Below the pieces are notes generated by a model. It ran no database searches. It saw only the letters and a program-made list of their open reading frames with translations, and had not been told where the DNA came from. DNA of 64,000 nt from Chrysomallon squamiferum (lineage: Eukaryota; Animalia; Mollusca), in assembly GCA_012295275.1 (NCBI GenBank), contig CM022679.1:25048001-25112000 (forward strand). The letters are read 5' to 3'. This document shows, piece after piece, positions 1-11,690 of the stretch; the first letter of the stretch is position 1; every line of letters starts with the position of its first letter. Position numbers and translations under genes: made by a program.

Positions 1-119
1 CAGAAACTAACATATCATTATAATACACAGTAACCAGTTACATATGACTTACATTACAGCAAAAATATAATATGTGTGATATGTAGCACAAGTAATAATA
101 TATGAATAAACACTCTTAC

Positions 120-324
120 TTGATCTCTCGTTTCCTGGACAACGTTGTTGTCATGTCTCGTAAAAGTGTCCCAATTTCCTCCTCTGTGCGGTCAGCCAAC
201 TCTGGGTCAGTGTCCAGAACTTTGGTGATGGCATCAGTGTCGTCAGTGCCCTGTGGCACGCCGTGGAAAGACTTGTGTCGCATGTGACAGAGACGTACAG
301 AGTGCTTGCCACTCGTCAGCGACT
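120..324 (-). CDS. Coding exon of putative TMC (transmembrane channel-like, TMC7-type) gene; gene continues beyond left edge
   Basis: Acceptor ctgtag| and donor |gtaaga on minus; phase 1 in, phase 2 out. Encodes (E)SLTSGKHSVRLCHMRHKSFHGVPQGTDDTDAITKVLDTDPELADRTEEEIGTLLRDMTTTLSRKREI(K). LRDMTTTLSRKREIK resembles the TMC7 segment LRNYALNISEKRRLR as recalled from memory. Exon structure is solid; family call is tentative. Confidence 0.7.
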
Positions 325-976
325 CTACAGATGTTTTTTGAAAGAAAAGATCATTATTCATTTATAATTAACCTACTGGGGCATAGCATACAGTGATAAT
401 TTAAATACTAGAATGTGTTTTTATTAATAAAAATAAAAAAATAAAAAAATAAAAATTAATAATAATAATAATAATAATAAATTTAAAAAAAAATAAAAAT
501 TGGAATAAGTTATTAATATAACAACATAGTGTAAAGTCGTTACTGTATTAATCTAATATTATAATTATGTAAGACAACAGTGTTACATTATTAATAAATA
601 CAAAATGATGTCAGTAATAAGTTGGAACATAGTGTTAGGTCATTAGTATTTTAATATACCATAACAGTCATAGATAACACATTATAACACTGTGACATTA
701 ACAAAATACAAGTATAATGAATGAGCTCATATTAAATATAAACTGTAGCAAGAGAGAAAAGTAACACATCTAAAACAAATTTATTTTATAATTTAAAAAT
801 ACTAATTATTAAAAAGTTATTACACACACACCTATACCCTCTCTGTTTTATGACACAAATATATAATCACAATAATCTGTTGAATATTTAAGACACTTTG
901 TATATATGTATGCCTCTCTGTGTATGGTGTATGTCTGTGGATATGTGGCTGTGTGTGTGAATGGCTGTATATGTGG

Positions 977-1026
<50 letters not shown>

Positions 1027-1070
1027 ATAGAGTCACAATCCAGAACTAAATATCAGTGACTGTACTCTAC

Positions 1071-1244
1071 CTAGCTGCCTGCTTGGTAAACTCTCCAGTA
1101 ATTCGGTTGTCATAGCAATGTCGTCCATTGTGCCCCATGACCGGCGTCTGTGTAACCCTGCAGGCTGTGCAGGCTGACCGTCAGATTCAAGTGAGTGCGA
1201 TCTCTGAGGTCTGTCGTAAACTCCTGTGTGACGTTCTGGGCTTA
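1071..1244 (-). CDS. Coding exon of putative TMC-like gene
   Basis: 174 nt, gttcag| ... |gtagag, phase 1-1, open in frame with both neighbours: (I)SPERHTGVYDRPQRSHSLESDGQPAQPAGLHRRRSWGTMDDIAMTTELLESLPSRQL. LLESLPSRQ resembles TMC7 FLQELPSYR. Not in the ORF track. Confidence 0.7.
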
Positions 1245-1367
1245 CTGAACAACAACAACAACAACAACAACAATAATAGTAATAATAATAATAATAATAT
1301 TAATAATAATAATAATAGTGGTACTAGTAGTAGTAATAATAATAATTATACATAAAAATATAAATAC

Positions 1368-1406
<39 letters not shown>

Positions 1407-1871
1407 TGTGTATATGTATATATATATATATACACACACATATATACATACATACATACATTTAAATATACATATGTGAATTTAAATTAGTATTAAAAAT
1501 ATATATTAATCAAGAAATAAGTAACTTAGTAAGTATAAATAAATAAGTATTAATATCTAAGTAACTTAAATAAGGATAATAAATAAAAAGACATGTTAAG
1601 GTATCTAAATATATAAAGACATACACAACTAAAACATATACAATATAATTTTTATATCTACAGCATGGCCAAAAAAAAATATATAACATACATATCATAA
1701 TATACATAAACATTTGCACATACATGACACACAAATATTTAAATTTACTTCCATATATCAAGAGACAAATTAATATAATAATAACAGTTATACACAGCTG
1801 TATTTTGAATACACCTGAATACCTGTTTGACTGCTATGAGTTGTGTTAACAGTACAGGTGGGAACACTTAC

Positions 1872-1998
1872 TCTCAGACAGGGGGATCTGTTCTTCACCC
1901 AGGTAACTGTCAGGTGGAAAATCTGCTACTCTGTAATCATCACCTCGCCTCATGTTGAAGTAGTAACTTACAAACACACAGACTGATGACTTTGTATA
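1872..1998 (-). CDS. Probable first coding exon of TMC-like gene (ATG at 1953-1951)
   Basis: Polypyrimidine tract + ctaacag| acceptor, GAGA|gtaagt donor. Reads MRRGDDYRVADFPPDSYLGEEQIPLSE and splices in phase 1 to 1244. The frame is open from the acceptor, so an upstream start cannot be excluded. Confidence 0.65.
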
Positions 1999-2270
1999 CT
2001 GTTAGAAGAAAAAAAAGACATATAGATCATAATTCATTTAAAATAACATATATGTTCTGAGTGTATAATTATTATTTAAACGATATGCAACATGAATCAT
2101 GTACATATATAGTTCAAAGAATTAGTTTGTCAGCCAAAATCATTTATAAACAAATAATAGTGGTTTTTGATGTTGTTTGAATTTACAAGTTTAGTTACTA
2201 TATTCAGTTTTCAGATAAATACAGTCTTAAGTTTAGTGAAACAAAATCAGTTCTTCACAAAAAAAAAAAG

Positions 2271-2314
<44 letters not shown>

Positions 2315-2815
2315 CCAGGATACGACGAAGAAGAAAAGAAGAAGAAGATTATTTTGAAGAAAAAAACAACAAATAAATAAAATTTGAATAAATGCAGCAA
2401 TGGAGACTAAATAATATTAAGAAAGCTGTAAGAAAAATATTAAACACTTCCTTCAGTTTTACCATGTTTTTTTTTTTTTTTTTTTTTTTTTAAAGTGTTT
2501 CACATGCATATAAATTATTAATTGTAAATTAAAGTAAAAGTTTGAAACTTTTATCATAATAATATTACAAAAATACACACTGATTAGTGGGAAAAAGAAA
2601 TCGTAAAATTACGATAGCCTTCGACAGACTTTATACAAACTCTTTCAGTCGCTATAAAATATAAATTTACAACAACGTGATTTTTTTTGTAAAGGTGTGA
2701 CTATTTATGAATACCTGTGCATTAGAGTTCCGTGATCACAATCATGTATACTATTTTTGACAATGTAACGAACATTCAACTCAGTTAAACAAGTGTTTTT
2801 ATTAACTTGTATTAC

Positions 2816-3560
2816 CTTGTTATGAATGTATAAATTTAAAACTATTACAACCTTCGCAAGACTTGGCAAAGTCCGATGTAAATTAATCGAAGAGCATTTT
2901 CTTCTGTCTTCAGGTATCCTTTCAAAAGTCAACCAGGAAGTTACGCTGATGACAGGTAGATCCGACGATTGAAGTTCTCCACCCAGTCAATATAAAGCAG
3001 GTGGCGCTGCGATAAATAGGGCAAATAATGTTTGATCTAAAACTCCGACCGCTTCGTCTTCATTCGTTAAACATCGGAAATAGAACTTAACAAAGCTCTG
3101 AATTATTTTAGAAATATAAAATGAGTTTTATTTCCCCTGAACACACATATATCTCGCGTTTGGCAGCGATTCCGTCTGGTATGTTCATTTAACAATAATT
3201 TTTTTGGCTTTACATTCATTTAGATCAGTCATTTTCGAGTTCGCTGGTACCATAAAAATAACATTTAGTCGTACACACAAAGAACTAGAAGAAACCCAAA
3301 CAAAACCCCTGTCATAAAATCATCGCCTCGGTAATCTTCGGACCTGTTTGAAATGACCTACGTAGTGACGTAATGATTAACACGTGACAGCTTTCAGCAG
3401 ACGGACGCGAGCGTTCGTCTAAATTTAGCAATAATTCTTGATACGATTGGCAAAAATTAGCCAAAAAACGATACAGATCCGGCGGATAACCAGCTATATC
3501 CATCCATCCACACGTCCGTCTCACTGGTTCTCCGCCAGAAAATACCCGGTTCACTCAGAT
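2816..3560 (-). promoter_or_regulatory. CpG-rich promoter and probable non-coding first exon of the TMC-like gene
   Basis: Locally CpG-rich unique sequence; minus-strand donor AAG|GTAATA at 2816/2815 (alternative CAG|GTATTC near 2715); ETS-type CAGGAAGT near 2934-2941. Confidence 0.4.
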
Positions 3561-3848
3561 ACACATACACAACATTACAGCAGCAACAACAGCAGCAGCA
3601 ATAGGATGATAATGATGATGATAGTGATGCATAATGATTATGATATTTGTTATCTTACAGTTAAGGCCTATCCCTAGTTAACAGATATACTACCCGGTAT
3701 TTTGCTGCAGTTTTAGTTTTTTTGTTTTACATCGTCTACTGATATAAAGATTAAACAATGAAAAAGAAAGAAATCAGTAAATAGGAAAAAGATAGAAAAT
3801 GAAATAATAATAATAATAATAATAGTAATAATAATAATAATAATAATA

Positions 3849-3887
<39 letters not shown>

Positions 3888-4264
3888 GAAAGATACCCCA
3901 TGTAAATAAATTAGATTGAACTACAATGTCTATTATTAGCAAAACTATTCAGTAATGAAATATTTTGTTTTACTTCAAATTTCAGTGTTATAAGCTATTA
4001 AGTTATAATATAGTCCATTCATTTATTTATGTTGTTATTTATTTATTTACTGAAAGACAAGTGAAAAAAAGAATAGAAAAAAGCTCAAAAGAACTGACAC
4101 ATTGTAAGTGTTTGTTGTATTTGTTGTGAATTGCAGTTCATCGGTTATAATAAAGAATAAGAGCCTTGAATAAAGTGTCTTCATAAAGAGTATTTATTTA
4201 TGGATCTTGTAAAATTTAAATTGTCATTCTAGACGTAAATATTTCAAACACCTGCAAGTGAAAT

Positions 4265-4270
4265 TTTATT
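4265..4270 (-). terminator. Candidate polyadenylation signal (AATAAA) of the alpha-tubulin gene
   Basis: First minus-strand AATAAA about 105 nt after the stop; others follow in AT-rich sequence. Confidence 0.4.
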
Positions 4271-4375
4271 TAATAACAACTTCTGCTTTTCAGGTGAAAT
4301 ATTTATAATTTTATATTATTATTATTATTATTATTGTAACTAGTTCAGTTTCTCACGGTCCCGTTTACAACGCTT

Positions 4376-5502
4376 TCAGTATACTGAGTCGTCACCCTCT
4401 TCACTTCCAATAGTATCTGCTCCCACTTCTTCGTAGTCGCGTTCCAGACACGCCAAGTTTTCTCTCGCCTCTGCGAACTCGCCTTCTTCCATTCCCTCGC
4501 CGATGTACCAGTGCACGAAAGCTCTTTTCTGATACATCAAGTCGAACTTGTGATCTATTTTGCTCCACGCGTCGGCTATGGCCGTCGTGTTGCTCATCAT
4601 GCAAATCGCCCTTGTAGTCTTCGCCATGTCGTCGCCCGGCACGACGGTTACCGGCTGATAGTTGATTCCCACTTTGAAACCAGTAGGGCACCAGTCGACG
4701 AAATGGATACTGCTTTTGGTCTTGATCCAGCTTATTGCAGCGCTGATGTCTTTCGGGACGACGTCGCCCCGGTAGAGCATACAGCAAGCCATGTATTTTC
4801 CCGATCTGGGATCGCATTTGACCATCTGGTTCCCGGGCTCGAAACACGCCGCTGTTATTTCTTGAACGGAGTTCTTCTCGAGAGAAGCCTTTTCGCTGGA
4901 GATAATCGGAGCAAACGTGGTCACCGGGAAATGGATGCGAGGATACGGGACCAGGTTTGTCTGGAATTCGCTGAGGTCGACGTTGAGGCAGCCGGAGAAT
5001 CTGAGCGAGGCTGTTATAGAACTGACAGTCTGGCTGATCAGTCTGTTCAGATGTACGTACGACGGCCGATCCACGTGCAGCTTCTTCTGGTAGATGTCGA
5101 AGACGGCTTCGTTGTCGACGAGAAACGAGCAGTCGGAGTGCTCCAGGGTGGTGTGCGTCGTCAGCACCGAGTTATACGGCTCCACCACTGACGTCGACAT
5201 GGTCGGTGACGGATACACTGAAAACTGCAGCTTGGATTTCTTCCCGTATTCGACAGAAAGTCTTTCCATGAGCAGCGAGGTGAAGCCGGATCCCGTGCCT
5301 CCCCCGAAACTGTGGAAGATGATAAAACCTTGAAGTCCCTCGCACTGATCTGTGAGTTTCTTTACACGATCCATCACGTCGTCGACGTGCTCTCTGCCGA
5401 TGCTGTAGTGACCTCTGGCATAGTTGTTGGCGGCGTCCTCGTTGCCAGATATTAACTGTTCAGGATGAAACAGTTTTCGATATTTTCCCGTTCTAACTTC
5501 AT
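4376..5502 (-). CDS. Alpha-tubulin, exon 3 (last, 1127 nt including stop)
   Basis: ttctgcag| acceptor; [33 protein letters not shown]..., GGGTGSG signature, [19 protein letters not shown] (alpha-type E254), [22 protein letters not shown], ends [18 protein letters not shown]. The ORF track (4376..5377) misses its 5' part. Confidence 0.97.
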
Positions 5503-5669
5503 CTGCAGAATGATAAATTAATAAAATTAAATAAAATTAAATCAAGAATTAAAAAAATAATAATTAAATAATAATAATAAATAAATAAATAAATAAATAA
5601 ATAAACAAACAAAATAAATAAAAGTAAAATAAAGTTAAATAAATTAAAAAAATAAAATAAATAATAATG

Positions 5670-5706
<37 letters not shown>

Positions 5707-6375
5707 ATAAATAAATAAATAAAGTTGTTTATTTATACAAATCATGAATACGTTATGCGGATAATTATGATAATAAAATGGTACTACATGTGCATGAAAG
5801 AATATAAGACCGAAGAAATATTTAATTTTACGCCCATTGGATAAAATAGCATTAGAACTATTTAATCACAGTTCTTGTTTAATCACAGTTCTTGCATTTA
5901 GAAATGATTACGCTTCCTAATTCAAATCCTTTAGTTTCCGACACGTTTGTTAATATTTCCGCATTCATTTGGAAATTTCAGCCAGAGTTTATTGATATCA
6001 TAATTAATTATGTTATAAACTGACTTTTTAATTACAGATCAAAAGGTAGCAATGCAAAGCCTAGTCGTCGTTATTGTTAACAAATCTAGTGTATTTAATT
6101 TGTTTAAGATATTTCAATCAACCAGTAGAATGGTCAGCTTAATGATGAATTAATCTTCTAGGTCAAAGTTCAGGATGAAGGTTAGGTCACACTGCTAGTC
6201 AAATATTGTTTTGATTGTGCTCACGGCTGGCAGCTATGATTCGATCTCTAATTAATTGTAAACGGCCTAACCTTTGACCCGGAAACCACTCTACGATCGC
6301 TGCTCCTCAGTAAATTAAAACCTGTTAAAATTACTCAAACATAACGGAATGATAACACACTAGTTATAATTTTAC

Positions 6376-6595
6376 CGATAACAGTAGGTTCGAGGTCAAC
6401 AAAAACTGAGCGTGGTACGTGCTGCCCTGATCCAGTTTCTCTGAAGAATGTGTTGAAAGAATCTTCTGCTTGTGCATTTTTTCTTTCTTTGATACATCCG
6501 TCTGGTTGTATGTTATGTTCCAGACAGAATAGTTCCCAGCATGCATTTCCAATCTGAACTCCCGCTTGACCGATATGGATACTAATAACCTCTCT
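6376..6595 (-). CDS. Alpha-tubulin, exon 2 (220 nt)
   Basis: cacag| ... G|gtaaaa; [73 protein letters not shown]. The phase-1 intron inside the Asp codon is at the conserved animal alpha-tubulin position. Confidence 0.95.
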
Positions 6596-6852
6596 CTGTG
6601 AAATAATAAAAGATAATAATCATTAATTAAAAAATATATATATATATTATATAAATATACAGGCCTATAATATTGTTTTGCAGAAACAATATAACAACAA
6701 GATAACCACCAACATCACCAAAAATAAGCTGGATAATAATAATAATAAAGAGAGAATATAAATATATGTGTGTGGGTGTGTGCGCCTGTGTGTTCGTATT
6801 TGTGTGTATGTGAATGTGTACATATACATAGAAACAATGAAAAATGATGCTA

Positions 6853-6892
<40 letters not shown>

Positions 6893-7339
6893 CTCAAATT
6901 AGATTAAATTATTAAAACATTTTTTATTACTTATACATATCAATATATATGAATGTATATGCGTCAGTGTATATAATATATTGTGTATTTTGAGTCTAGG
7001 TATGTTTTCTTGTTCTGTCTTGTCGAGCATCTTGTACTTATTATCTTACGGACCCGGTGACTGAATGCATATTACTTTTGAACCATGGACTTATTACAGA
7101 AGTCGACTACGTTATACTGGCAAAAGCAAAGTTCATCTGTTAACTTCGTTCCTTGTTAAAATTATGTCTGGTTGAATATAAAACCGAGTCAAAAAGTAAC
7201 ATGTTAAAACTGTGAAATATAATAAATGAATGGATGAAAAATAAATAAATAAAAGGGTAGAACAGAAAAATCATTATCCCATGATTATATTTTAAAATGT
7301 CTTTACTGTTTTCTGATTTGTTTATTTATTTATCTTTTT

Positions 7340-7387
<48 letters not shown>

Positions 7388-7688
7388 TCTATTTGGGGCT
7401 TCCATTCTTAGAAATGGGAAGGTGTTTGAGTGTATTTGTGTGTATATATGTTTTTGTGTATTTTCGTTACGTTTAATAACCATTTAATTATTATGTAACT
7501 GTTCTGAAAATAAAAATTATTTTGGGGAACAAACAGACAACAACAGGAAAAAAACCAAAAAAAAAAAAAATAAGCTATTAACAAACGTCCTTGAGATCTG
7601 AAACAAGAGTAAGCATATTTGTATCAATAATGTTATTTTAAAAATCCTAAATAACAACAGCCACAATAATAATAGTAATAATAAAAAA

Positions 7689-7780
7689 GAAGAAGAAGAA
7701 GAAGAAGAAGAAGAAGAAGAAGAAGAAGAAGAAGAAGAAGAAGAAGAAGATGAAGAAGAAGATGATGAAGAAGAAGAAGA
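7689..7780. repeat. (GAA)n microsatellite in tubulin intron 1
   Basis: Directly visible. Confidence 0.95.
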
Positions 7781-7845
7781 TAAAGTTAATGAGCAATAAG
7801 AAGTTTTGGGATACAATAATTTCATATGATCATATTAAGACGTAC

Positions 7846-7848
7846 CAT
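7846..7848 (-). CDS. Alpha-tubulin, exon 1 coding part (ATG only)
   Basis: Minus strand reads cgaaATG|gtacgt. An intron directly after the start codon is typical of animal alpha-tubulins. Gives MREVISIH..., 449 aa in total. Confidence 0.8.
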
Positions 7849-8320
7849 TTCGTATATCCAAATACGTTGTAAAATAATTAAAACAGTTTGTGTAGTTCAC
7901 TCAGAAATACGACGTCTACGAATACAACGATAATGTTATTCGATACAATTAAATTTAATAATAATACATGTACACACAATAACTAGGTCGCGGAGTCAGT
8001 CTCAGACTGGTGGCTAAGACTGTGTTATCTCCCCTGTATAGAACATCGATAAAGATTACAGATTTATCAGCAGCTTGAAACAGACTGTGATGACAGTGTT
8101 GATATGACTGATTCCTAATGATAGAACATGACTCCACAATAAACTGAATGAGTTGGTTTCTCCAGGTGTTACGAATAATTGGCTCTATAAACCCGTAAAT
8201 ACTGGAATGTATAACAATCATAATTTGTTGTTGGCCTGTCAGACACGGCAGCAGCTGCAAAGGCGTGTACATCAGCAGTGACAACGTAGAAGTTTTTATA
8301 TCTTACATTTGCTTCACAGT
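7849..8320 (-). promoter_or_regulatory. 5' UTR and promoter region of alpha-tubulin
   Basis: Unique, CpG-containing block directly upstream of the ATG, bounded by (GAA)n and (GTAA)n/(AAT)n repeats. Confidence 0.45.
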
Positions 8321-8350
8321 AAGTAAGTAAGTAAGTAAATAAGTAAGTAA

Positions 8351-8406
<56 letters not shown>

Positions 8407-9079
8407 CAAAAAACAATGAACAGGTTGGCCAAAATTTAGATAAATATAAAACGTACATTTAGTTCCCCTTAATTTTTAATTACTGAAAAAATGTTTAAAA
8501 AATAAAAAAATAAAAACAAAATAAATAAATAAATAAAAAAAAATAAATAAATTAAACTAATAATAAAATAAAAGTGAAAGACAGAAAGAAGAATTTCAAT
8601 ATATGTATGTGCATGTTTGACAGTGAAAGAAAGCGTGAAAAAGAGAGTTTCAGTATACTACTACTGCTGCTGCTCCTGCTGTTACTGCTACAGCTACTAC
8701 TAATACAATATTTATTATATTTTCTTATTATTAAAACAGTAACAAAAAAAAAACAACGCCCCCCAAAAAAAAACCCAAAACAAAACAAAAATAAACAGCA
8801 ACAACAACAGAAAACAGAATAAAAATGAAATTGAAAAACGAGAAGAAGAAGTAAAAGAGACAAATCATAATCTAGACAAAATACTTTCTTCATCAGTGGT
8901 CAGTTTGTCAGTCTGTCGGTTGTTGGACAGAAAAGATCACTTCAATATAGTGATCTTTGGAAGATGAAGATGAAGTCAGGAATTCACAATTTCCTATGCG
9001 TGGCACATTTTTGTAACATGCGCGCTTAAAGTAAAGGAATTACATAAGTTCTTTACTGGAAATAAACATATTTATTTGG

Positions 9080-9122
<43 letters not shown>

Positions 9123-9356
9123 TGTGTATGTGTGTGTGTCAGCAATGTACCGCAAGAAATATATTTCAGAAAGCAATTAGGAAAAACACTTATTGGGTGG
9201 ATTTATCTATCTTATTTTCATTTTACGCTTTTATCTATAAAATAATACTGTTGTCTATCACATTAGCTTGCCTAAAGGTATTTTTGAATAAATTTTCATC
9301 TTGCCGACATCTCCGTTTGAAATAATAAAGAAATACCCCAAGAGGCTACATAGGTT

Positions 9357-9360
<4 letters not shown>

Positions 9361-9450
<90 letters not shown>
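9361..9450. repeat. (AG)n microsatellite
   Basis: Directly visible. Confidence 0.97.
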
Positions 9451-9452
<2 letters not shown>

Positions 9453-9491
9453 ATAATCAAGTAATAAAACGAAGACTGTCTTAAGCATTAG

Positions 9492-9527
<36 letters not shown>

Positions 9528-9868
9528 CACAAATTGTATTGCGTTTAGAAACCATGCTGACAAAGAAGGTGCGGAATTTAACCACTTTTTCATAAAGCTT
9601 AATTTACAGGTAATAACATTACTCATTAACCACCGCTTTCACCTGGCCATACCTGGAGAACGACTTGGAGAAAAACACGTGGGAGGGTGTGAAAAACACG
9701 GCGATGTTCGGAACGTGGCTATCTCTTTACAAGCCATCACCATTCGCGATTCTTCGTCTGCATTCCGCGCATTCTTCTCTTCATACGCATACTTAACTTA
9801 ACGTGGAAAAACGATTGTTAATAGCGCATGAAATTGTCCAGATATTTCTTTCTGGTCTTCTTCATGTT

Positions 9869-9977
<109 letters not shown>

Positions 9978-10639
9978 TGTTATTATTATTATTATTTAAA
10001 ATTTTAAAATTATTCCCTTTATTATTATTGTTGTTGTTGCTGTTTTTTCTTATTATTATTATTATTTTTTTTTTTTTTTTTGTTGCTGCTGTAGTTATTA
10101 TTATTATTATATTAATAATTATTGTTACTTGTTCTTCAGCTGCTTCTTCTTCTTCTTCTTCTTCTTCTTCTTCTTCTTCATTTCATTATTATAAAGAAAT
10201 ATAAAACCTGTAGGATTATTAAAATTCGCCCTCTTCCAGAGACAACTCAGTAATGGACGGTATTTCCAGCCTGCGTTATTTGCTACGTACAGTGTATTAG
10301 ATCTTATCTCGCTTAAAGCTCACCAAAACTGTATTTGACTACTGAATCCAGTTAACCGTAGAAAATCCATCCTTTCAAAGAAATGAAATATAATTTGGGG
10401 AAACAGACGAAAACATTTAAAAATTAATTTAACGTGGTATTAATAAAAGCTGCTGAAATTATTTAAACCGTCTTACAGTCGCCTACAGCCATCTTTGACT
10501 TGACAGTTAATTTCCAAGCGAAAAATCAAAGGCCTTATTTTATTTTCTTTGAATTCGTTATTTCGAGAAAATGTGTTGCAGAATGGCTTAGTAAAATAAG
10601 AAATAAAAAAGAAAAAAAATGTCTGGCACTGCATAAGAA

Positions 10640-10945
10640 ATCGTAAAAAAAACAAAAAATCCCCAACAAGTTAGCGTCCACTCAGTTTTTAATTTTATGG
10701 CTGGGACACAGTTTTTTTAATTAATTAATTTATTTATTTATTTAAATTTAAAAAAATATACAAGAAAATATTAAAATTGCTTATAAAATCTTTGTTCAAA
10801 TTAAATACATGTATTAAACAAAGTACTTAAAATGTTTTATATAAGCAGATTGAAATTTTGATCTGGATTATAACAGACAGAATATATATATATATATATT
10901 TGTTTTAGTGTTTTAACACTTTATTTGTCTGTTTTCTTTTTTTTT

Positions 10946-10998
<53 letters not shown>

Positions 10999-11085
10999 AT
11001 AAAAAAACAATAAAAAAAAAGTTTCGGGGAATTTTACAGGTCGGGCGGGGACGCTAAACAAGTATCTTTTCTTCATTTGACCTTA
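10640..11085. mobile_element. Possible decayed MITE (GGYC terminus with TTA flank, Zator-like)
   Basis: Right end ggtcgggcggggacgctaaacaag...tttgacc-tta; TTAGCGTCC (~10671-10679) is the reverse complement of GGACGCTAA (~11049-11057). Left terminus is not clean. Confidence 0.3.
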
Positions 11086-11379
11086 TTATAAATATAAATG
11101 TAATAAACTCATAGATATGTCAAACTAATAGATATGTCAAAAAAAGGTTAATACTGATGATGATTAAGACGAGTATTTCTGAGAATGATCGTGACTGATA
11201 ATAATGATGAATATCAGAAAATCAATGAGAATTAATGATAAAGCAAATGATGAGAACGGTAATAATAATAATAAAAATAATAAAAATTCTGATGAAATAA
11301 ATAAATAAATAAATAAATAAATTATAATTAATGATGGTGATGACAATAATAATAATAATAATAATATAATATATTAATA

Positions 11380-11690
11380 ATAAAACAAGGCGACATCGTG
11401 AGCAGGTATCGCAGAGGTTATGATTCATTCAGTCCATGTTTTATTGTTTTATTTTTCTCACGGAAACGCCCTTGTTTGAATACGACGTTTTCGAAAATCG
11501 GCTGTTGTTTTTATATCAAGATAACATCTGTTTATGAACAAATATCCACCTACCTGTTACTCTGCAGTTATCTCCCTTGTATTAAAATGAACGGTGTCGT
11601 CACAACGTGCAAGACGGTAAATCCCGGAGAAATCGCGATTACTTTGATTTATCACAAGACAACAGTTGTAGCGGTGTGGAATCGTAGAAG
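11380..11690 (+). promoter_or_regulatory. CpG-rich promoter and first exon of a large unidentified plus-strand gene
   Basis: CpG cluster ending in consensus donor AAG|GTAAGT at 11690/11691; CpG density collapses shortly downstream. ATG at 11587 is open to the donor (34 codons + 2 nt) but the peptide is not recognisable, so the exon may be UTR. Confidence 0.6.

Noticed and set aside
1107-1120. RFX X-box-like GTTGTCATAGCAAT
   Set aside because: Lies inside a coding exon (IAMTT codons) far from the promoter; probably coincidental.
4511-5191. 226-aa plus-strand ORF, and the 148-aa and 79-aa overlapping ORFs
   Set aside because: Antisense or alternate-frame shadows of the GC-rich tubulin exon; no independent protein features.
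6209-6230. TTTTGATTGTGCTCA resembling miR-315
   Set aside because: One-base deletion, divergent 3' end and no complementary star arm nearby.
7955-8284. 109-aa minus-strand ORF upstream of tubulin
   Set aside because: Non-ATG start, overlaps the promoter, and shows no protein-like signal.
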